From Caecitellus pseudoparvulus (Eukaryota > Protista > Bigyra: Bicosoecida), in contig CBFFRQ010000049.1 in the NCBI GenBank assembly GCA_965644315.1, positions 116,454-180,453 on the forward strand: 64,000 bases of DNA, given 5' to 3'. The notes beneath the pieces are model-generated. The model was given only the letters and a program-made list of their open reading frames with translations. It ran no database searches and was not told the DNA's origin. How positions within the stretch are numbered: position 1 is the first letter of the stretch; each line of letters opens with the position of its first letter. Below are positions 56,697-64,000 of the stretch, one piece after another. The translations under genes were made by a program, and so were the position numbers.

Positions 56697-59057
56697 ATGA
56701 AGACCTCTTGGGCTCTGCGACCGGGCCAGCAGGCGATGATTCTGACAGCGCTCGTCGCTGTTCTCACATTTGCCAACACGCTGCCAGCTGGCTTTGTGTG
56801 GGACGACCGCGCAGCGATTGTGCTTAACGATGACATCTCCTCATCAAGCCCGTGGAGCAACCTGCTTGTCCATGATTTTTGGGGGCAGAACATTTCAACA
56901 CCGTACGTTGGCCCATGCAAGCTAGCTTGGCGACCCTCCGCAGACCTCCCGCTGTGCGCGTGCAGATCAAGTCACAAGAGCTTTAGGCCTCTGACAGTTG
57001 CTTCATACAAGCTGAACTACTTGATGGCCGGAAGAGAGCCCTGGGTCTTCCACGCAACCAACGTCGGGCTGCATGCTGCTGTCAGCGCGCTTCTCATCCC
57101 GCTGGGAGAGCTCGCGGGACTGCCAGGGCCTGCAGCGGCTTTTGCTGCGCTGCTCTTCGCTGTGCATCCTGTTCATGTGGAAGCCGTTGCAGGCATAGTG
57201 AGCAGGGCTGACTTGCTCAGCGGTCTCTTGTTTGTCGCGGCACTGCTCGCATACGGAGCCAGCCATAACGGGCAAGCCTGGACCTGGAAATGGGCTGCTG
57301 TGGCTGCTGCCTACGCTCTCGTTGTGGCTGCATCCCTTGCAAAGGAGGTGGGATTCACAGTTCTGGCTGGTTTCGTCCTCTACGACTTGTGGCTGTGTGA
57401 TCCTGCCCAGCTCTCAGGGCAGGCGCGAGACGGCAGCAGCCCGACATGGCTGCTGAGTGGTTTGCACGCCACACACACGCGGAGCCGGGTCGCGTGCTCC
57501 TTCCTATTTGCCGCAATCTTCATGCACTTCCGGATGCAAGTGCACGGAGGTGCGCCACTGTACGAGTGGAGCATCATGGAGAACCGCATGGCCCTCATGC
57601 CTGCGGGCCTAGCCCGGACGCTGACGGTGGTGTACACCCATGTTGAGTATGCTTGGCTCTTTGTGTGGCCCAGCGATTTGAGCTTTGACCATGGCTTCGA
57701 CACTCCGAGGATCATCGAGGCAGTGACTGACCTTCGCAACGTGCTGAGCGTCGCGTTGTACGCTTGCGTATTCGTAGTGCTGTGGGGGTCAGTGGCGAAG
57801 CGGCAAGCCACACTCCTGTGGTGTGTGGGGATCGCTGCTGCCAGCTTCTTACCTGCCTCAAACACAGTCATGTTCGTGGGAACAGAGGTTGCTGAGAGGC
57901 TCCTGTACATTCCTAGCATTGGACTCTGTCTCGCTGTGGCTTGGGCAGCGCCCATTCCGCAGACTTGGGAGCAGATGCAGTGGTCCAGCATCAGGCGAGC
58001 AACATTGAGAAGAAAGGGCACCTGGGCGCTTTTTGCGTGTGTGCTAGTTGCCATGCTCGTGCGCAGTGTGGTGCGGAACGAGGACTGGAGGGATGAGCTG
58101 TCGCTGTACAAGGCGGGCGTGGCAGTGCGCCCTCGATCCGTCAAGGCACTGAACAACTATGCGAACATCTTGCTCAACTCGAAGAGACCAGACGCTTTGC
58201 CCCTCGCTGCAGACGCTTTGCAGGCTGCCATTGACATCTACCCTGACGCAGGTTCTGCATGGCACAACTTGGGCCTGGTGCACCAGCGAATGCGCAACAC
58301 ATCAGGGGCTGCACACCACTTTTGGGGCTGCATCTATGCTTCACATCGGACGCCATGTGACTGCAAGCATGATCTTGGACAGGTTTACCTGTCCGACTTC
58401 CTGGCGACCAAACTGCAGTCCACGGGTCAAGACATCCTTCTCGGAGAAGGCGGCTGGGCCGAACGCTACCTTGCCGAGCGCCACAACCGCACATTGCCGG
58501 GCCCCAGGTCGCTCTTGCTAGCCAAACTTCTGCTGGAAGACTTTGGGGCCTGTGGGACCATGACTCCCAACGTGCACTTCCATCGTGCCCAGGTCGCACG
58601 GGAGTTGTTGGGCCCACACGCCGCCATCGCCGAACTGCGCCAAGGTTTGCAAAGCGCAGGCACAGCCAGGGTCACCCACGTGCACAACCTCCTTGGTCTA
58701 ACACTCCAGGCCATCGGCAAACCGCATGAAGCATTGGAGCATTTCGAGGCAGCGCTGAGGGACGAGCCATGGGACGCAGCGCTCTGGAGCAACGCCGGGA
58801 ACTGCCTCCATGAGTTGGGGCGCTTCTCGCAGGCGCTGGAGCGGCATCAAAAAGCCTACTCAACAGCCCCTGCAGACTCTGGCATTGCCAACAACCTGGC
58901 CTTCTCCCTGGAGCTCTCTGGTCGGTACTCTGATGCCCTCCTTGTTCTTCAAGCAGCCTTGGCGCACCACCCGACCAGCGCCTGGCTGCAGGCCAGGCAT
59001 GACGTCTTGAAGGACAAGCTCGAAGCCCTTGCTAGCCTGGGTGTGTATGGATTGTAG
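56697..59057 (+). CDS. TMTC: TMTC-family transmembrane/TPR protein O-mannosyltransferase; in-frame intron 56903..56965
   Basis: FVWDDRAAI, DFWG, SHKSFRPLT, LLFAVHPVHVEAV, LAKEVG, WPSDLSFD, VAERLLYIPSIG, RNEDW, followed by TPR repeats. Confidence 0.93.
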   Translation: MKTSWALRPGQQAMILTALVAVLTFANTLPAGFVWDDRAAIVLNDDISSSSPWSNLLVHDFWGQNISTPYVGPCKLAWRPSADLPLCACRSSHKSFRPLTVASYKLNYLMAGREPWVFHATNVGLHAAVSALLIPLGELAGLPGPAAAFAALLFAVHPVHVEAVAGIVSRADLLSGLLFVAALLAYGASHNGQAWTWKWAAVAAAYALVVAASLAKEVGFTVLAGFVLYDLWLCDPAQLSGQARDGSSPTWLLSGLHATHTRSRVACSFLFAAIFMHFRMQVHGGAPLYEWSIMENRMALMPAGLARTLTVVYTHVEYAWLFVWPSDLSFDHGFDTPRIIEAVTDLRNVLSVALYACVFVVLWGSVAKRQATLLWCVGIAAASFLPASNTVMFVGTEVAERLLYIPSIGLCLAVAWAAPIPQTWEQMQWSSIRRATLRRKGTWALFACVLVAMLVRSVVRNEDWRDELSLYKAGVAVRPRSVKALNNYANILLNSKRPDALPLAADALQAAIDIYPDAGSAWHNLGLVHQRMRNTSGAAHHFWGCIYASHRTPCDCKHDLGQVYLSDFLATKLQSTGQDILLGEGGWAERYLAERHNRTLPGPRSLLLAKLLLEDFGACGTMTPNVHFHRAQVARELLGPHAAIAELRQGLQSAGTARVTHVHNLLGLTLQAIGKPHEALEHFEAALRDEPWDAALWSNAGNCLHELGRFSQALERHQKAYSTAPADSGIANNLAFSLELSGRYSDALLVLQAALAHHPTSAWLQARHDVLKDKLEALASLGVYGL

Positions 59058-59068
59058 TGCTGCAGCCT

Positions 59069-62000
59069 TTATTCGTGCTGTGCGGGCTCAGCTACACCCT
59101 CCTCCCGCTGCGCTCGACGGGCTTCCAGCCCAATGATGAAGTGCATGTGCTCGTCCTCCTCCGCCAGAGATCGCGCGAAATCGCCCGCTCGCATAGGGGA
59201 TACACTCCCTTCATCACCATGGAGCAGCTTCCGTCCCTGGCCGTGGGGTACACCTCTCGTCGGTGACTTGGGCATCGCTTTGAGGAGCTCGCCCACACTG
59301 CCAACGGGCTGGGCACCTCCTCCAGGAACACCAGGCAGGTGAAGGTGCTGTTCCAGCCGCTCCCGCATGTCCTGCATGAGTTTTGTCGTCCTGGCTTCGT
59401 CGTGGAGCTCCGCATCCCACCTGGACCGCATGTCCACGGGCACACTGTTCAGCACTTCCTGCACATTGTCGTCATCCAGCAGACCTCGCTCCAATGCAGC
59501 CGAAGTGCCCTTTGTCGGGGCCGCCTCCTGGATGCCGCCCATGCCGACACTTGTGGGTGTAGCATGCCCTTTTCGTTGTGCAGATAGGCGCCTCGCCTCC
59601 CTGCGTTCCAGCGCGCTTGAGTATGCCAACTCTTTCGCTTGCACCAACGGCTGCTGCTTCAATGACGCGGCGGCTTCTTTGGCTTTCCTTGCCTCCTGCT
59701 GTGCTTCATCAGCCGCCAACGCCTGAACAACCTGCCTGTCTGTTTGGGAGAGTGCCTTGGACACTGACAGGAACACAGATGATGGCGTGAGCTTGGGCGC
59801 AGCTCGCTTTGGGGCGCTCCCAGCTTCCTCTCCGAAGGCGCCAACATTGCGCTCCAATGGTCGCGCTTTGGCGGCTTGCATGAGAGCAGTCATGGGTGAA
59901 GCTGCAGTGTGTGGCAGTTTTGGGGGGTGCAGTGGGGTTGAGAAGTTGAAAAACTCGCCAGAAGCTCTGGAGGGTGACCTGGGCTCAACGCCTGTCGGAG
60001 ACGGCGCCCCGTGTTCGTCACTGAGGCGCCGCTGCTGGCGCAGCACGGCTCGAACAAAGTCCTCGTTCGCCGCGCGAAGCACAGACATGGAGTGTTTGTG
60101 CATGCTTGGGGCTAAGTACTGACCCCCTTCTAGGTACGAGAGCTTGGCTGGCTGCACTCGCACCCGCGCCACCGTGGCTGACGTGGGCCGGGAGCTCTTC
60201 GGACTGCGTGGCGTCGCCGACACCGCTTGTCCGAGAAGCCCAGCTGATTCGGACTTGGACAAAACAGCAGCCATGGCACTGGCCGCGCGAGAAGCGTTTG
60301 CCTGTGCCTTGGCTGCCTGCAAGCCGCCAGGCCCCCGTGCTGACACCAGGGACGTATCTCGTGCACTCGCCTCCTCTGCAAGGCTCTGGCGGTGGGCGCC
60401 TCGCTGCACTTGGGGCAAGGCATTGTGATTCCCCAGGTTACTTAGGAAGCGCTCGGCTTGGTCGGCGGCCCGCCCGCCGCCAACAGTCGCGCTGAGCAGG
60501 GCGTGGTGGGAGCCTCTGTAGCCCGAGGACGCCAGTCGTAGCTGGGCATCGGAGTGGCCATGCCTCTGTCTCTTGGAGCTCCTCAGCTGGTGACTGGCCA
60601 GGATTTCAATTTGGCCCACAGGGGCAGCCATGCCGGCGCCGGCAGACCGCGCTGCCACCACATTCACCACTGTGCTGAGGGATGGCTTGACCGCTCCAGC
60701 CCGGGCGGTCTGTCCAGCTTCCACGCTGGCTCCTCCTGCAGCAGCTGAAGTGCCCAGCGTGGCAGCCTGGGGCGGTGCTCCGTCTGGAGATACGCTGGCA
60801 GCAGCTGTCGCCGCCGCCGCCATCTGCAGGGAGCTGGCGCCAACACTGTTGCCTTCTGATATGGCGATGAGACGCAGGCGCAACAGACCCCGCCGGTGCA
60901 CCATGAAGTGTCCTCTGGGGCCCATGTGTGGCACGGTGCCTGCGTCTGCGTGTTCCAACTGCACGGTGGAGTGGCCTTGCTCGACAGGTGCTGTGGGTGT
61001 CTGCCCAGGCTGGTCCGCCTCAGCAGCTGCTGCTGATTCCGTGGATGCAAGGGAGAGCGTTGAGGAGGAAGCCTTCTTCAGGGTGGGATGGGTAGACTGG
61101 GTGCCGGGAGGGGCCCTGCCACTGCGGCGCGAGCTACGGCGCCGCAGCAGGGTTGGCTTGGGCCGCTCACCCTTCATGATGTGCGAAAACGTACGCTTCA
61201 GCCCAAAACGCTTCTGGTACGCGGAGGCCATCTGTGCCTGGTGCAGGGCGGCGGTGTAGCCGTCCTTCAGCGCGAACTTCAACTTGCGCCCCAACGCTGC
61301 GTGGCGCCGCTGGGCCACTTCTGCCAGGGTGTCTAGGCCCTGCGTGCCCTGCTCCACCATGTGCAGCCGGCGCCACATGGCAGCTTGGTGGGCTGGGGAG
61401 TCCCGGGACGCCAACTGCAGGAAGCGCATGGTATGCAAGTCCATGAAGGCCAGGCGCGACTGCGGCAGCAGCAACTCCAGAAGCTGTGTCTGGGACGGAG
61501 CAGGGAAGCCTGGTCTGGCAGGCGCTGCGTGCCCTTGGCCGGAAGCCACAGCTGCCACAGCAAGGGCATCATGCTGGGTGCTGGGCGGCACCTTGCGGTG
61601 GTGCGAGGCCAGGAACAAGGAGCCGTGACTGAGCACCACCACATCCATGTTCCGGACATCCCGGGCGTGTTCTGGCGACACGTTCACAGGCACGTTGCCG
61701 ATGAAGGAGGTGCCTTCGTCTTCGCTGGACGAGTCGCTGCCGCCTGCTGGCCCCAGAGCCCCATCGCCCTGGTCGGGTGTGACATCGGCATCTCGCGTGT
61801 TGGAGGGGTGCCGGCGCAGGGCGGCGGTGATGGTCCAGCACCCGACGCGCTCAGCCGCCGCGTTCATGTCCCCCACCAACGCCTCAAAGGCAGGGCTGCC
61901 CAGCTTGTAACTGAAGGTTCCGAAGGGATGGCGGGCCGTGCACGCTGCCGCCGTTGGAGGGGGTGGGAAAGCCACGCCCAGGCACAAAGGCAGGCACAGG

Positions 62001-64000
62001 TCGCGGCACGCCATAGTCGTTCCCCACGACGTCCAACAGCGGTGCTAGCTGGGACTCGCGTTTCTTGCCGTGCAAACTTGACAGCAGGGCCGCCTCTGTG
62101 GCAGAAAACGTCCACCGCGGCATGCGGGGCGGGCCGGTCACAGCCAGGACGCGGGGGGAGCCGTGGGATGCGCCTTCCAGCGCGGTGCCTGCGCCGCCCG
62201 TGCCGCCTGCTGACAGGCTGCGCGAGTGACTCACTCGCATGCTCCCGCCAAAGCGACCGGAGGGGTCTGCTGCGCTGGGGCTGGGCGATCGGGGGGAGCC
62301 GCTGTCCAGCAAGGGCACAACTCGCTGCTCGCCAGTTGTTGTGAGCTGCACGCCCTCTGGGGGCACATGCCAAGGTGTGCCGGCAGCGAGGGCAGTCTCC
62401 AAGCTGGGGTCGCGTGCCACGACTGCTCTTGGGCGCCGTGTGAAGGCGGAGGCTGACGCCCTGTACAACGGGAAAGCGGACACAGTCGTCTCTGCTTCCG
62501 GGGCGTTCATGGCAGTGTGGCGGGTGATGAGGCCGCTGTCGGGAATGGGCACGTTCTGCGCGTCCCCCACGCCTCCAGCCTGCGTCAGGAACGTGGTGGA
62601 GCCGTCCCCAGCCTCGCCGTCCTCGGCGTGGGCCTGTGAACGGGCCTTGCTGTCCGCTTCCGCCAGGCGCTCGCGGATGCGGTTGTCCACGAGCGCCTCC
62701 TGTGTCGTCACATCCAGGAGGGCTGGCTGGCTGTGGTCTGCTGCATCCAAGGGCACGCCAGAGGCGAGGCTGGACATCTCTGTGGCGCGGGACAGGCCCA
62801 CGCCCAGCACGGCGCCGCTGCTCCAGCCCTTGGTGCCTGGCCCCGACACCAGCTGCAGCCACAGGGGGCCACCGTACTGCACCACGCCGCGGTTCTTGGG
62901 GTTCTTCAGATCAATCACCCGAAAGATGTACAGAGGCGCTGCAGGTGTCACGGGGCGGCCGGTCTGACTCAACGCGCTCGTCGCGTCCAGTGCCGCCCGC
63001 ACCAGCTGCTGCACTGCCCGGCGGGGCGCCACCGTCAGCGCCGAGGCTGCCTCGCCAGCAGGCAGGCCCGTCGTGGGGAGCCTGTGCCCTGGGATGGGAG
63101 GCGTCGCCTCCTCCGCCTCCGTCAGGCCGCGGGTGCTGGGCTGGACCTTGCTGTGGCGCCCTGCGCCGCCGGCCCGCGGGCTGGCCCCCGCCACACCCTC
63201 TTTCTGTGCCAGGCTCTGCTGCATCCAGCGGTCCATGGCAGCGCACGTGGCAAAGGTGGGGAAGGGCTCCACCCCCTTGCTCTCCCATTCCGGCGTCGGT
63301 TGTTGGAAGGCGACCACGCCGGTGCGGGGGTCCACTGTAAGGAAGGCGCCGTCATCCGCCTCCAGGGCGATCAAGGAGCCGTAGTAAATGTTTGCAGAAG
63401 TGTCCTTTGGGAAGAGGGGGTGCGTCACCTCGCGCTGCCGCCGGGGCGGCGGGCGCTGGGCACCTGCACCCCCCCTCCCCACAGGCTCAGTGGACTCATC
63501 GTCGCTACTGCTGTCATCATCCTGTTCCGTCGCCAACGGACTCCGGCGATCTGCCCGCCGACCACTGCTGTACAGGCTGGAGGCGCGGGTCGTGCGCGTG
63601 CTGCCGCGGCTGGCGCTGCTGACTCGTGGACTGAGCGCCTGGCCTCCTGCGCCGGCGGTGGGCGCGGAGCTGGCCGTGTCGGCGGGGACGCATCCCGGAA
63701 GGCGTCCGAGCCCAGCCGCGTGTCCTGCAGCTGCCACGTCTCGTCCACGGGAGGCGGCACTTCCCCTCGACCCGCCCGCTGCCTCGCGCTGCGGCTTGAC
63801 GGGTGTGCGCTCCAGCTTGGGCACTGTGCGGTTTCGTCGCGTGCGGGGACGGACACCGACTTGGAGGGGGGAAGGGCAGAGCCAGGGGCAGCGACTGCGG
63901 GGTCAGTCTGCTGTGTCCGCCGTTCCGCAGATGCACGAGACCGGGGCAGCTGGCGACTGCCCGCACGAGGACTGCCCCCTCCTTCGCGGGATGCGGTTGG
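59069..64000 (-). CDS. Large uncharacterised low-complexity protein, 5'-partial; ORFs 61884..63824 and 59069..62014 are probably one spliced gene
   Basis: Two long overlapping same-strand ORFs. They contain beta-strand-like islands (IYYGSLIALEADDGAFLTV, FRVIDLKNP...VQYGGPLWLQ) and a C-terminal coiled coil. Confidence 0.6.

Noticed and set aside
13059-56965. Apparent peptide insertions in Rab32 (13059..13127), MYB (45676..45762) and TMTC (56903..56965)
   Set aside because: They are stop-free introns with lengths divisible by three and canonical GT-AG ends, not inteins or protein inserts.

Overview
GC-rich, very gene-dense eukaryotic (protist) nuclear DNA with mostly short GT-AG introns. The gene content and style fit a flagellated heterotroph, possibly a stramenopile, but the taxon is not established. 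Recognisable genes: a SET+PHD histone methyltransferase, a WW+SPIN90/Ldb17 protein, RNA polymerase III subunit RPC2, a PB1/MAP3K-type kinase, Rab32/38, the ASCC3 helicase, PI4KIIIbeta, a 3R-MYB factor, a Dispatched/Patched-family protein, eIF3L, a LOA1-type acyltransferase and TMTC. Several uncharacterised genes are also present. The standout is an apparently intact ~6.85 kb DNA transposon (~31305-38156). It encodes a Plavaka/CACTA-related DDE transposase and a divergently transcribed, spliced orphan gene. It has imperfect terminal inverted repeats, CTAG-rich subterminal arrays and an unexpected perfect 18-bp direct repeat at its two ends. Other notable points: stop codons of convergent gene pairs abut or overlap, and a ~2.8 kb low-GC, ORF-poor island shows an A/T skew flip. 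All family calls come from motif recognition by eye; no searches were run.
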